From Octopus sinensis (taxonomy: Eukaryota), in contig NC_043022.1 in assembly GCF_006345805.1 (NCBI RefSeq), positions 62,001-126,000 of the forward strand: a stretch of DNA of 64,000 nt. The letters run 5' to 3'. A program made the translations under genes and the position numbers. Below, one piece after another: positions 1 through 13,961 of the stretch (the stretch's first letter is position 1; each line of letters begins with the position of its first letter). The notes beneath the pieces were generated by a model that did no database searches, was not told where the DNA came from, and saw only the letters and a program-made list of their open reading frames with translations.

Positions 1-40
<40 letters not shown>

Positions 41-87
41 TTACATACATATATACATAGTTATATGCATGTATATATATATATATA

Positions 88-187
88 NNNNNNNNNNNNN
101 NNNNNNNNNNNNNNNNNNNNNNNNNNNNNNNNNNNNNNNNNNNNNNNNNNNNNNNNNNNNNNNNNNNNNNNNNNNNNNNNNNNNNNN
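88..187. other. Assembly gap (100 N)
   Basis: Run of 100 n characters. Confidence 0.99.
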
Positions 188-1700
188 GTGAGATATGTGG
201 CAGGTCCTGTGAATTGGAACAAAGAGGAACTACAAGATTTTGATCAGATCGAAAAACTCGGATAACAATGACGATGAAGAACGCTTTCCATATAAAGGGC
301 AGATGTGGATTGGCGTTAGATGAAATGTAAAAAACGAAGGGAGAGGATTTGATTAGTGTAGAGGATTAGGTGAACATGGTAGTGGAATGTTTCAATCAGT
401 ATGTTAAGGAAAGCATTGAAGAATTGCTAGGAGCAGAACGCAATGCAAACATTCTCAGAGAATATCAAACAAAGGTTGAAGTACTTGAAACAAGAAAGCA
501 AAGTTATATGGAAAAATATTTATACACTCAGTTTATGATGAATACTGAGGCAGAAGACCCTTGGAATTGCTTGAGAAAGGGAATTCTCAATAAAGCGACA
601 GAACGGTTCATCATGACAGCTCAGGATCAACCCTTTTATTCTTTTTTTTCTTTTTCTTTTACTTGTTTCAGTCATTTTGACTGCGACCATGCTGGAGCAC
701 CGCTTTTAACTGAGCAACTCGACCCCGGGACTTATTCTTTGTAAGCCCAGTACTTATTCTATCGGTCTCTTTTGCCGAACCGCTAAGTGACGGGGACATA
801 AACACACCAGCATCGGTTGTCAAGCAATGGAAGGGGGAGAAACACAGACACACAAACACACACGCGCATATATATATACATATGTACGACGGGCTTCTTT
901 CAGTTTCCGTCTACCAAATCCACTCACAAGGCTTTGGTTGGCCCGAGGCTATAGTAGAAGACACTTGCCCAAGGTGCCACGCAGTGGGACTGAACCCGGA
1001 ACCACATAGTACAAATGTCGGACAGAAGACAATGTGTCAGCATTGTGCAGATAGTGAGATGAAGGAGAAGAAACAGTGAGTCACAGAGTAAGTGAATGTT
1101 GGAAACACGCAGAGAAACAATACAAATCTTGGAGACATGAAAATGTTGCAAAGATCAGCCATTTGGAAATGTGTAAAAAGAGCAGACTTCCATCAAGACA
1201 CAAAGTGCTATGAACATGCACTTGAAAAAGTAACTCAGAATTATGTGGTTAAACTTCTCTTGGACTTTCTCATTCAAACGGATCATGTCCCAAAGCGTAA
1301 CGGACCAGATATTTTGGTGTTTGAGAAGAGGGAACGTACTTCCTACATAAATGACGTAGCTTAAGCATTTAGCAGAAGAATATAGGAAAAATAAATCAAT
1401 AAGGTAGATATATATTTGAACCTGAAGAGAGAGATAAGCAAGTTGTGGGGTTTCACAAAGAATGAGGTCGTACCAATTGTCATTGAAGCCTTAGGAACAA
1501 AGGAGAAGAGGCTGAAGGAGTGGACAGAAAAGACAAGCATGCAGAAGGAGGTAGAATACATGGAACTGGGCTGTTTCTTAGGAACGGCGTAGATCGGTCG
1601 AAAGTTGTTGGGTGGCTGAGGTAAGAGTGGTGGCTTTGTTATCCGAAAGTAGACCCACTTAATATCTATCATGGTGCTGGTGTGAGATAAAACTGTCTTG
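188..1700 (+). mobile_element. Decayed R4/Dong-like non-LTR retrotransposon 3' half (RT thumb, Cys motif, REL endonuclease), split by a SINE at 633-1006
   Basis: Broken frames read RYVAGPVNWNKEELQDFD, MTAQDQ, CQHC, KLLLDFLIQTDH..RNGPDILVFEK..YINDVA (PD..D nuclease) and VVPIVIEALGT..GCFLGTA. Followed by an (AAC/AAT)n tract. Confidence 0.8.
633..1006 (-). mobile_element. tRNA-derived SINE (family 1), head partly truncated
   Basis: Reverse complement matches the full copy at 23604-24010 (B-box-like GGTTCAGTCCC; tail TGAAACAAGTAAAAGA). Confidence 0.9.
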
Positions 1701-1706
1701 AAATAA

Positions 1707-1866
<160 letters not shown>

Positions 1867-2422
1867 ATGCCCTGATGCAGTGCCAGACAGTGGCTCTCGT
1901 GGCTTCAGATCTTAATTGATTGGAAGTGTTATCATATACATTGTTTTGTCTTGGTATAAAAGATGGGCTACAGAAAATATTCTGTTCAATAACACAGATT
2001 TGCTTGTCACTTGTTTGACCTTAGCCAGTTGAGCATGTCCCTTAGTGGCTGACGATATGTGCATCTCTGATCACGAGCAGAAGTAGTGGGGGATCATCAT
2101 AGCCATATGTTGAGAGGGATTCTTTAGGGTTTGAATAATTCACTTCTGGAAACATGGGTGTTTCTTTCAACATCCTTAAATAACCCTTACTCAGGGACCT
2201 TTTGAGCAGGATGGGTTACTCGAACAGAAGAAAATTCTAACTGGGCCCCACCTACAAGGTCATGTGCTGTTTATCTTGATATGAGATCATCATGTCGCGC
2301 ACATATTGTTGTGATGCATGTGCCTGGTGTACCCTTATCAGACGGGTAGTCATGATGGGTATACTGGGCTTCGTATATTTTACCCCAGTGTCACTTTGAT
2401 GGCATGCACTGCTCTCTCACTC

Positions 2423-2456
<34 letters not shown>

Positions 2457-2522
2457 TGACCTGATGCATTATCAGTGGCTCTCACGGCTTCTGATCTTAA
2501 CTTGATTGAACGTGTTATAATG
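1867..2522 (+). repeat. Unclassified repeat ending in (AAT)n, followed by a second partial copy of its first ~70 bp
   Basis: 1867-1940 (ccctgatgcag..cagtggctctc..gatcttaa..gtgttat) recurs, diverged, at ~2456-2522 after an (AAT)n tail. Confidence 0.5.
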
Positions 2523-2672
2523 TCTAATTCCGTCTACAGAATTCACCCAGAAGGCTTTGGTAAGCCCGCAGCTATAGTAGAAGAAAGTTATCCAAGGCGC
2601 CACGCAGAGAGACTGAACCCGTAACCGTGTGGTTGGGAAGCAAGCTTCTTAACACACAACCACCCCAGCGCC
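2523..2672 (-). mobile_element. SINE family 1, 5' fragment
   Basis: Similar to the reverse complement of the 23604 SINE head (gctatagtagaaga..ctgaaccc..gcaagc..gcgcct). Confidence 0.8.
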
Positions 2673-3654
2673 TGTAGTTTTGCTAAAACTAACAGACGTC
2701 ACTGGTTTTTATATTTAGTGAAACACACCACCACTAATTGATGATATCTCCCATCAAATCTTGCTTGACTCGTATAGTTATCTGATCCCTGGAACCTTTT
2801 CACACTGGAAAGGACGCGTTCGTCTTCTAGTAAAAAAGATCCTTATTTATTAGTCTTTTCTGTGTTGACTATAAAGTTCCCCTGTTGGGGTTTTATGTAC
2901 ATTGTTGCTGGCGTCCCTACCAGAGCCTTTTCTTGTATATTTTTGGAAATGTTGAGAGCATCAAAAGCCTCATTTGTTAAACCTTTGCTTTTACCTGAGT
3001 TTGTAAACTTGATGAGATCAACGTTTTACTTTCGGAGAACTGTTCAGTTGGGAGACTCCTCCGCCAGGTGTTGTTCTAAATGTTACGTCCATTGTAATTG
3101 ATGTGGGCGTCGGTTTGGTTGCTTTTGGCTTTGGTCCTTTTCTTTCCGATCCCGATGTAACTCGCGCTGTTGTTCGGAATGTCGTTTCTTTTTTCTTTTG
3201 TTGTTGCAGGAATGTCTCTTGTTGTTGAAGTTATTGTTGTGAGTGTTGTAATTGTTGTTCTATCGATTTATTTATGAGAATAGGGACACTGGTTTCAGAG
3301 TTATTGTACTTTCTGCGCACAAATTTTGAGTATTTCGGGGTCAAGACACTATTTTCACCATTCCTGACTACCCACTAGGTTGCTTTGGTGACGCCCGAGG
3401 CCACTTCTATATCCGAACAGTAGCCTGGACTTTCATTTGATTTCTTCTGTATCGTTTGCTGTTGCTGTTGCTGTTGATGTTGATGTTGAGCGAACAGTCT
3501 TCGTCCCAGAGCTCGCAAGATGGGAGAAGTCCAAAACGTGGTCCTTTGCTATTCGTAAGAGCCGCAGAAGAGAAAGCAGGTCAACCCCCGACACTGAGAG
3601 CATCGACTGATGGATGAATGCGCATCCAGGCTCAGCGGTTGCGTAGGAAGTCGG

Positions 3655-3853
3655 GGACAAGAAACAGGAAGAAAGAGTGAGAGAAAGTTGGAGCGAAAGA
3701 GTACAACAGGGGTCGCCACCACCCAATGCCGGAGCTTCGTGGATCTTTAGGTGTTTTCGCTCAATAAACACACACAACGCCCGGTCTGGGAATCGAAACC
3801 GCGATCCTCCGACCGCGAGTCCGCCGCCCTAACCACTGGGTCATTGCGCCTCC
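3655..3853 (-). mobile_element. tRNA-derived SINE (family 3), 5' part
   Basis: Minus strand GGAGGCGCAATGACCCAGTGGTTAG (A box)...GGTTTCGATTCCC (B box), followed by a non-tRNA body. Confidence 0.75.
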
Positions 3854-4054
3854 GCTGTTGTTGCTTTTGTTGCCGTTGCTGCTGCTGTTGCTGTTGAGCG
3901 ACCGGTCTTCGTCCCAGAGCTCGCAAGATGGGACAAATCCGAAACGTGGTCCTTTGCTATTCGTAAGACCCGCAGAAGAGGCTCAGCGGTTGCGTAGGAA
4001 GTCGGGGTGCTGTTGCTGTTCGTAGTGGTGGTGGACGTGTTCAGGAGACTTGTT

Positions 4055-4411
4055 TCACGCTTTTCCCTGAGTGGATGTATGCTTTGTAGCTGTTGTGTTT
4101 ATAGTTGTTGTGGTGGGTGCCGCTACCACCCTCTTTGCGTTGGGAGCAGCGATGAGGAGCGAGTCATTGCTTTCAATTTCACCATTGTAACGCAGCATTT
4201 CAGGTGTTCGATTTTGCCACAAACATCTGGGTTTCCTGCCCTTCAGCGCCATCCGCATCTGCCGCGGAATCACCGAAATAGAAAAAAGTTCCGTATGCAA
4301 TTCACATCTTCTGGAACAACCAAAACTTGGAATTCCATAAGTTTTCTTGAGATGAGGAGGTGCGTTTGTGACCCTCACTTTCGTGACATGTCCCATATCT
4401 AAGGGTAGCAT
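4055..4411 (-). pseudogene. Relic of Tx1-type ORF1 (zinc-knuckle region)
   Basis: VRVTNAPPH...ALKGRKPRC, then frameshifted CGKIEHLKCC. Parallels EGRPPKCHSCLHPDHIKRNC (ORF at 26798) and EGRRPRCFKCGQKDHVRSVC (~48940). Confidence 0.55.
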
Positions 4412-4544
4412 CGCGAACTAAGGTGCAGATCGTTGTATCCATCCTACGCTAATCCACTTTATTGCTACGGATGGCCACCACAGTCCCCTGTTGCATTCCT
4501 TGGGAGATATACACTACGGTATGCTACACATCTTCTACACATAA

Positions 4545-4764
4545 GGCGGCGAGCTGGCAGAAACGTTAGCACGCCGGGCGAAATGCGTAGCAGTATTTCG
4601 TCTATTGTTACGTTGTGAGTTCAAATTCCGCCGAGGTCGACTTTGACTGGGTTCGATAAATTAAGTACCAGTTACGCACTGAGGTCGATGTAATCGACTT
4701 AATACCTATGTCTGTATGTGTTTGTCCCCTCTATGTTTAGCCCGTTGTGGGTAATAAAGAAATA
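4545..4764 (+). mobile_element. tRNA-derived SINE (family 2)
   Basis: AAGGCGGCGAGCTGGCAG head, GAGTTCAAATTCC B box, tail gtgggtaataaagaaata. Several copies in the window. Confidence 0.9.
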
Positions 4765-5589
4765 TGTAGCTACACATCTTCCAAATATATTTTTCTATTT
4801 CGGTTGGGAAAGGGAATTGTAGAATCGATTCTGCGCGATTGATGCTCTTATAGATTGTTATTATTTTCTTGGTGCACATCATTCTCCCTTCTAGGAGCGC
4901 CTTGACCCCAGGGTGAAATATATTGCTCCTATATGTTTTATTGACACTCACCCTTTAAATAAAAGGACGATCCCCTGCATTCTAACGGTCGCAAAACGTG
5001 ATTGTTTAAAAAATTCTTTATGGAATTTCAACGTTATTGATGTTGCTGTTGTTGTTGTTCCCCTTTTGCTGGTGTTCTCCGTGATATTGTTGTTTTAGTC
5101 TCAACTGCGCCGCTGCTGCTGTCTACGTTACAGTTGTTGTTGTTGTTGTTGAGCAATAAGACGGGTAATATGTAGAATACATACAGACAAACGTACACAC
5201 ATAAATAGATACATATGCACACATACAAATGCATGCTTACACACACATGCATGCATACATGCATACATACATACAAACATACATGCATGTATAAGCACAT
5301 ACACACACACACACACACACTGATCCACGCACATGCGCACAAACAAACAAAAAGGAACGCTGTGTGAGTCAAAACTATTGAAATGTTTGCAAGACGCAAC
5401 GAAAATTTTAGAAAAATAAAAAAGAAATAAGTGGAAATTTCATCGGTGAGTGTTGTGTTGAATTATAAGAAAACAAAAGAGAATGACTCCCCAGATACAA
5501 CAAATTAATAGAAGATATGTATGGGAACATTTCTCGAAAATTGTATAAAGAAAGAAAATTTAGAGAAAACTCGCCAGCGATATTTCAAG

Positions 5590-5820
5590 CTTAGATGTCA
5601 CGTGAGGTAATAATAATACCTCTTAATTTTGCCATAAAGCCAGCAATTTTAGGGGAAGAGTTAGTCCATTATTTCGACCCCGTTGCTAAATTATCTCAAC
5701 GATCCCGGAAGGATGAAATACAAATCCAAACTCGGGGAATTTGAACTCAGAACGTAAAGACGCATAAAATTTCACTACTTATATTTGCCCAACGTACTAA
5801 CGGACCTGTCAACTCATAAT
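5590..5820 (-). mobile_element. Diverged SINE family 2-related copy
   Basis: tcgacccc..gaaggatgaaa..ggaatttgaactcagaacgta. Confidence 0.65.
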
Positions 5821-7333
5821 AATAATGTCTTCGTTATTAGCCACGGGGTCCAATCACAAAACAGGGACGGACAATGAATCACAAGGGGCAAGTGGAGTTT
5901 AGCACAAAACCTCGTGTATAGAATTAAAAGAAGTACAATTCGCTCAACTAAAGTTCAACAATAAAATTCTACAAAAGGGAGTTCAACTTAGGGTCAACCG
6001 AGGAACCCTACATATCCTGATTACCCTGACTGTTAGGGTCTCCTCAACTTTTGCTTACAAGCGTGGGCCCATTCACATAGGTGTGTTTTGGCCATATCTA
6101 TCAATCTGTATACTCTAAGTGGCCAGGGTATTGCATCCTCGAATGGTAAATCGTTGGTGTGTCAGCTGAAATGCCTTACCGTATAGACAACACATTGATC
6201 TCGTAAGTGTCACGTTGTGGAAATAAACGCAATTACCAAACTTTCATTCATAAGACCTTTTACTATTTCGTTTCGTTGAATTTCAATTTGTACATTTGTA
6301 CAACCGATTGCGTACAAGCGCATATGTAAAACTACGTCCTTTATTTTTTAATCATCATCTACTGATATCAAAATAGAAATATTTTCTATCAGGCGCCATT
6401 TGTGATTCCAAGGGTCAAAATTTGGCCAAAATGGGTTGAGAATCTTAGCTTTATAATATACTAAATCAGATCTGCAAGTATAGATATATGCTCTTCTGAC
6501 ATACTCTCCCCTCCTCCTCCCATCATTGGGACAATGCATAGAACCGTTTGTAATTGCTAACTTGGTTTGGTTTTTGTTGGTCTTTCTCTCCTCTAATATT
6601 TTAGTCTGGATACGGCCCTGTTCTGGGTCTCTGCATTTTGAGTTCAAATCCCAGCTGCTTGTAGATCGCAACGAGAAACCACACCAGTATTCATCTCAAG
6701 TCTTGTCATTGCAGCCGTTGTTCTAGAAATTTATTTAACGGTGGCTGTGCAGGATGTGGGGCCTCCCAGTTCGTACAGAGAGTACTGGAGTAGGTTCACA
6801 AGCATAAGATCCGCCCAAGGACAGACCACCGAGAGACTATAAATACACGATACGTATATAACTTTCTCCGTTGGATTCGACCTTCGGAAAAACTGAAACA
6901 TTAATTTTATTTTGCATACGCATACCTGCATTAATGTTTAAACTACACAATTAATTTTAGCCCTTAAAAATATATATTTGCATGTAAGTGATCTGGTTGA
7001 CAAGCGATTTTTTTTACATGTTTTGGCGTCAAAATTTTGCAGTTTACAAATTTGAATACGAGTAAGAATATGTAATAAGCATGTAAAAAGTATACCTGTA
7101 TATGTGCAGGTGTATACGATCAGAATGTACACACAAAAATGTGAACATTACGGCTTTTTACGTGTATATATACATACGTCTATATACATACATACATACA
7201 TACATACATACATACATACAAAGAAAAGAATGTTCTCTAGAGGAACAGATTTTTGCATGCTAGGCTACTGGTTTTAAATTGATATTAATTAAATTAATAT
7301 TCAATTTATCTCCCTCATTATTTAAATGTTTAC

Positions 7334-7482
<149 letters not shown>

Positions 7483-7789
7483 GTTTGTGTGTGTAGTTTT
7501 TGTGTGTCCCTGTACACGCATGCGGATGTGTGTGGAGGCACAGGAAAAGCACATAACATAGACTAAAAGAAAAATATGTACACTAACCCATGAATATACA
7601 CACAAAATAATAATTATAGAAATGACATTATTTTCCAACCTGCCACATTTGTTTTACTTCAGACGTGTCTCGCTTTTATATTTTGGTCTACGATTCTATG
7701 GTGATTATTTGCATAATAAACATTTAATGTAGAAATTATATTAAAGAAGTTCCTGTTCGATACCATAGTTAACTTATAAATGTCAGTAT

Positions 7790-9650
7790 TTTCATCTGAA
7801 ACATTAATAGTTAGTCTCAAAGGGTAATTCATGACTACATATTTTGTGACTATACGGTCCTTGGAGATACCCTTATTTTATCGGAGGGAAATCTGTCATT
7901 TATGGTGCTCCTGATTTTTCATCCTATTTAGAACTACAGTGCCTAATATGAGTTCTCCTAGATACAGTACCACTCTTTAAAAAGATTAACCATGAGATGT
8001 ATTTATGATAATAACAAAGAATGGTGCCAAGTGGAACTATCTGGGATTATCTCGAAAAAGTAGGTTTGTCTCGCTATGTGACAAATAAATTCGTGAAATG
8101 AAAACCCTTTCCTCTTTACTGTTGCCAGTTGATATTTCTGCTGCATAAAGAAAATGGGTTCGTGTTTCTTGTTGCTCATGTTCTATTTAGTAGATTCTTC
8201 AGGGGTTTGAGATTTCGTTCTCACATTATAATACGACAAAGATTCATCATCAGAATATGAGGTGGAATTCCACGAGGATATTGTTCATTTAACATCTCCA
8301 CTGGAAAATTTATTGCTCATCTTCATCATTATCATTATCACAATCATCATCATCATCATCCCCATCATACTCCTGATTGTCCTCCACCTATCATCATGAC
8401 AATTTCCGTCCTCATCTTCGTCATCAGCATCTTCATCGTCGTCGTCGACGTCGCCATCTGGATATGAACTGCAGAATATCATTGTTAAGTTTCAATGCTT
8501 CACTAACTTTCGTAGTCAGCACAATCAGGCAGATTCCCAATGTAAGTTATATAAATCAAAAGAGGCAGTTTGTTCATCATTGATGATGTTAACTGGATTT
8601 ACAATAAATAAAGTGGACTACATCATCGACAATCATTGCTTATGGTATGGCAAGCATACAATCATTAAGCCCAGCATTGTAAGTGAAAATAACATTTCTA
8701 ATATTCAAGATACAAATACGAAATTCTTGTTGCTCAGCATTTCCCAATTTTTACTGGAAGATGAAGAATTTTCACATATCTCTATAACGGCCAACTCTTC
8801 GTGCAGTATTTTTATATTAACATTGCTGAATCTTCGAATTGCATTAGCTGTCTGGTGAAAGTCATCTCCAAATATTAAAAGCTTTTCATTAAATAGATTA
8901 CCATTTTACATAATTTCCTTTAGAAGTTGGTCAATTATTCGGAGTGTATTACTTGATAAAGTAGAGGAATACTGAAAGACAGGGCATCATTTAACCACTG
9001 TCCACAGTTCGTCATACCTTAAGCAGATCAATAGTTATTCTAGTTGCTATATATGGAAGAATGTCTTACTTCTCCCACATACAATGTTCAACAGTGTAAA
9101 GTTGTAAAGGTAGTTTTCTCTCAGATCCTCCAGGTGAAAACTGAAACGAAAAATTACTCCCTCTCAGTGGCATCAACTATTCTCTCAAACACAACTATTT
9201 GTCTGGAATTGAGTTTTTTTATTCTCCCTTCAACTTAAAATCGTTCCTCCAAAATATTTGTGTGAACATTAGAACGAAAATTAGGACCTGGGTGTGGTAA
9301 GCCTAATATTTACAACTAAGACCATGCAAATATAATATCAATTCTGTTTCCTGTAGGAATTATTAAAGGAAATTTCTTTAAAAGTCTTCAATGAATGTAC
9401 TTTCGTTCTGCTGATACAGTTCTACAAGGTATGTCAGCGTGTTAACTACTTATAGTAATGCATAGTTACGCCTCTGTTGAGATGGGTGAAATATCAATAC
9501 CTGCAGAATTTTCTAGGCATCCCACTCACTTATCCTCATTACTACGTAAAGTGTGTTTATCTGCTGCTTATGGTAATGTTAAAATACTTCAGCATTTCCT
9601 CGAATATAAAATAGTAATAAACGAAGAAGAAATCTATCGGTGCTTCATGG
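7790..9650 (-). pseudogene. Helitron RepHel PIF1-helicase relic, interrupted by a (CAT)n microsatellite
   Basis: Minus-strand fragments KLNSRQIVVFERIVDA, SPGGSERK (degenerate Walker A), IIDQLLKEIM.NGNLFNEKLLIFGDDFHQT, PRGIPPHIL..RNLKPLKNLLNRT and EISTGNSKEERVFISRI, in PIF1 motif order. Many stops and frameshifts. Confidence 0.8.
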
Positions 9651-9756
9651 GTGGATAGAAGAAGAAGAAGAAGAAGAAAAAGAAGAAGAAGAAAAAGAAG
9701 AAGAAGAAAAAGAAGAAGAAGAAAAAGAAAACGAATAATAATAATAATAATAATAA

Positions 9757-9791
<35 letters not shown>

Positions 9792-9849
9792 GAAGAAGAA
9801 GAAGAAGAAGAAGAAGAACAACAACAACAGCATGACTGTGCGAAGTTAA

Positions 9850-10670
9850 TCACAGTATATATAGCCTCATATGTAGGTAATAGCGATGACATTTTATAAA
9901 GAGCCTCAAGTGTAACAGTAGGAGAAAGGGAAAGCAAAAAACGAAAGGGGTTAAAGAATAAAACAAGATTATCTGACTGGGAAGAGAAGGCTTTGCACGG
10001 TAGATTTCCAAAGATAATGGCAGAAGAAAATTATAGTAGTTTCATTAGAGAAGGCTGAAAAGAGAAACCGAAATGTTGCTAGTAGTAGCACAAGATCTAA
10101 CATTGAGGACTAATTAGATAAAAACCAAGACAGACAAAAAAATTGTTAGATCCCCAATACAGGTTGTGGAAATCAAAGGGGAAAGTGCTACTCGTGATAA
10201 CCTGGGTTGAATAATCCAGTTGGAGTTCTGTAGATAGCTAGAATTAGACCAGACTGATAAGTGGTATGAATATGAATTTAGTAAATGCTAGAAAATATGA
10301 AATATAAGACGTTGTGAGATATTGACATTCTGGCTGGGAGAGTAATAGAAGCTACGAGGCCTCATTTTGTAGTAGAAGATAAAGAGAGCAGTAAGTTCCA
10401 GGTAATTGACATCACAAAACCCAATGAGGAGAAAGTCAATATGAAAACTATACAGAAAATAGCAAACTACCCGAACCTAATTACAAAGGCTAGGTAATGT
10501 GCGGATAAAATGTATCTCTGTAACTGAATGTGTATTAGGAACTATCCCTAAAGGTTTTACCAAATAAATAGAGGAACTAGGCATAAAACCTAGTTTAATG
10601 CGGCACAAGAAAACAATATTATTAGGGACAGATAGGATAATTAGGAAGAAGGTTTTTGGCATAAAAGTTT
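9850..10670 (+). mobile_element. Decayed R4/Dong-like REL LINE fragment
   Basis: WEEKALHGRF, KRETEMLLVVAQDL.LRTN, FQVIDIT.P and C-terminal ILLGTDRIIRK. Confidence 0.75.
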
Positions 10671-10789
10671 TTTGTTCTAGCCCCATGTTAGAAATCTTTC
10701 CTTTTCTTCAGTCAAATCTGTTGGGCGTATATCAAATAATACTCATTTCTAGTAAAGTCACAGGGCCAGGCTTTTTTTTTCTGGTGGGG

Positions 10790-11140
10790 AGGATTAGTCG
10801 ATTATATCAATTCCAGTGTTGCACTGGTACTTAAAAAATCGACCCCGAAAGGATGAAAGGCAAAGTCGACCTCGGCGGAATTTGAACTCAGAACGTAACG
10901 AAATAACTATTTTTTTTTTACTACCCACAACGGGCTAAACACAGAGGGGACAAACAAGGACAGACAAACGGATTAAGTCGATTACATCAACCTCAGTGCG
11001 TAACTGGTACTTGATTTATCGACCCCGAAATGATGAAAGGCAAAGTCGACCTCGGCAGAAATTGAACTCAGAACGCAGCGGCAGACGAAATAACGCTGGG
11101 CATTTCGCCCGGCGTGCTAAGGATTCTGCCAGCTCGCCGT
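10790..11140 (-). mobile_element. SINE family 2 tandem dimer
   Basis: Two consecutive atcgaccccgaaa.gatgaaaggcaaagtcgacctcggc units; head ends gccagctcgcc. Confidence 0.9.
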
Positions 11141-11159
11141 CAACATATTAAAGAACGGC

Positions 11160-11913
11160 AGTAGCCCAACATGTCGTGTATGTCAACAACAAAATGAAAC
11201 CATTGATCATGTTGTCTCCAAGTGCAGTCTTCTAGCGCCTACAGAGTATCTCAACAGGCATGATAGAGCTGCACAATATATTCACTGGGTAATTTGCAAA
11301 AATCTGGACCTGCCCAATGATAAAACCGGTGGGAACATAAGTCACCTCCAGTGTTGGAAAATAATCACATCTCACTCCTCTGGAACTTCCCCATTCAAAC
11401 TGACAGAAAGATAGATGCGAATAGGCCAGACATTATATTGAAAGACTTCAAACAAAAATCATGCCTCCTCATTGATATGACTGACTCAATCGATATAAAC
11501 GTATCTGTCAAGACCTACCAATAACTGAGCAAATAGAAATCAGCAAAATGTGGAACCTGAAGACTAAAACAATACCTGTTGTCATAGTTGCCCTAGGAAT
11601 GATAGCAAACAGAGATGATTCCTACCTAGCTCAGATACAAGGAAACTCCAAAATGTCAAAGATTCAAAAGATAGTGCTCATGGGAACTGCCCATATCCTA
11701 CGTAAAATACGGTCTGTGTAACCTCAAATTTTAAAACAAATTCAAAATTTCCTGATGCTTTCTTAAATATTCTCTAGAACAATGCTATATGCAAAAAACA
11801 AACTATATGATAGCACAAGCATAACACGAACCCGAACTTCTAAACTGTTGTCTCCTGAGGCCTCTCAGTGAGACTTTTGGAGTCAACTTGTACAAATAGA
11901 AAGCAAAAGTCAG

Positions 11914-11915
<2 letters not shown>
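11160..11915 (+). mobile_element. R4/Dong-like REL LINE 3' end with 3' UTR and (AAT)n tail
   Basis: CRVCQQQNETIDHVVSKC (CCHC-type), IQTDRKIDANRPDIILKD..CLLIDM, GTAHILRKI*. An (ATA)n tract follows at ~11919-11985. Confidence 0.85.
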
Positions 11916-11987
<72 letters not shown>

Positions 11988-12418
11988 CAGCAACAACAAC
12001 AACAACCACAGCAACCGTTTCTACTAAAGTTACAAAGCCTGAAATTTTGTAGGAGAGGATATATCCATATATGAATCGTAATGGGAGACGTCTATTTCCA
12101 TTGCTACATAAAAAAAAGGGACAAGAATAGAGTAAGAAAAATATTGGCGACTTACCTGAGTTGAAAGTCAATATTCAGCCGGTCATATACTTCAGTTACT
12201 CTGGTGGTGTGCTTTCGTCAACTTTATAAAAAAAAAAAAGTTATGTAAATAATGTATTTAACTATAAACCTCCGTCAGCCACGGCTTAACTATTCTCAAC
12301 TAATCAACCACTTAAAAGTTTATTTTTTTGAATTGCATATATTTTAATAGCCGTATTTCCTTCTATTCATATATATATATATGTGCGTGTGTGTGTGTGT
12401 GATGTGTGTGTGTGTACT

Positions 12419-12486
<68 letters not shown>

Positions 12487-13344
12487 ATAGATAGATAGAT
12501 AGATAGAAAGAAAGATATATGTATATAGGGATAGTTCACGAAAAAAGCAAAAGTGGTGTGCAAATGTATGTATGCCTGTATGAATATACGGATGCTTGTA
12601 TTGTCACATTTATCGAGGTCGATGTCCTTGGTATGAATTTATACTGTATCCAGTGGTGAGGTCTTTTGTTCGAGAGTTTCAGGGTCTTGTGAAATATGGA
12701 ACCACCGCTTAGCCCCTATTGTCTCCCGATCTACTCTGGCCCGGAGTAGTAGCAAATGTCAGGGTCCAACTACAGGTTAACTAATTTATGTCCTGACAAT
12801 CTGAGCGCGGAGATGCAGAAATAACCTTGGTTGGTGTCACGGCATGCAATAAAAGCACTAAGAAGGAAGGATTCCTTGGTTACTGGCGTCACTGCATCCT
12901 TCTAAGAGAAGTGTATTCTGATGGAAAACCTGCTGTTTCACGTAATTAATGTTCATCTCGCTTCAGTCAGTCACAAGGTTCTGAGCACAGACATTCAGAG
13001 TGGTACTCATGCTGTAAAGGTGTCTATCACTATAATGCAACGAGGCAAAGGTATCTCTTTCAGATGACCACCTTTGTCATTCAATCTAATGAAGCCCTAC
13101 AGGGATGGAAGAGCGAACGTGCACAGGAAATCACAACTTTCATCTGTCGCCTTCGATCCAAACCGTGCAGAACGGCAGAGAGACTAAATTGTGATGTGAG
13201 AGGTCATGAATGGAAGCCCAGAAATATATATATATATATTACTCCACCACCTACACCACCAAACGGTATACACAGGTGCTTATAATTATCAAGTACTCAC
13301 CCCGAATTTCTATACTCAACTATATATATATATATAGATATATA

Positions 13345-13900
13345 TATAAATTATATTAGAGATAAAACCACTATTAGGCAAATCAAACAGTGAAAAACAT
13401 AAAATTTAAAATTTAAATTATTTAAATTTAAAACTTTTTAATTTATATTTATAAATTTTTTATATTTTTTACATATTTTTTAAAATTTTAAATTTATAAA
13501 TTTTTAACCATTTAAACTTTTAATTTTTTAAAATTTTAATATATATAACTATCAAAAAGTATTAAAAAGTTTAATATAAGATAATAAGTAATATATATAC
13601 ACTTATATACAAGAGTGTATGAACATTTATACACAGAAAGCAGACCCATTACAATAATTCTTACATGCTAAAAAAGACAGTTAATTCCAGATCACGGAAA
13701 GATATTTTCTAAAGGTTTTTAGAAATACTTTTTCGTGGTTTGGGTTTAACAGCCTCATTTAGCAAGTATGAAATCCTGTGAAGGGTCGTCTCTGTGTTCA
13801 TAAATGTTTATACACTGTTATATATGAAAATGTGCTGCCTCATCGATTTTATTACACACGCAGACCTCTTGGTAATAAATAATTCAATTTTTCACCCTTA
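13345..13900 (-). mobile_element. PLE pseudo-LTR-like fragment (same terminal family as 13957-14370 and 21632-21990)
   Basis: Shared end attagagataaaaccactattaggcaaatcaaac; embedded between (TA)n tracts. Confidence 0.55.
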
Positions 13901-13912
13901 TAAATTTACACA

Positions 13913-13956
<44 letters not shown>

Positions 13957-13961
<5 letters not shown>

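Noticed and set aside
5830-6950. Coding relic or host exon
   Set aside because: No recognisable motif in the frames I checked; left unassigned.
9458-9658. Plus-strand ORF with ankyrin-like look (AAYGNVKILQHFLE)
   Set aside because: Short and isolated; antisense to the Helitron RepHel relic, which explains the region.
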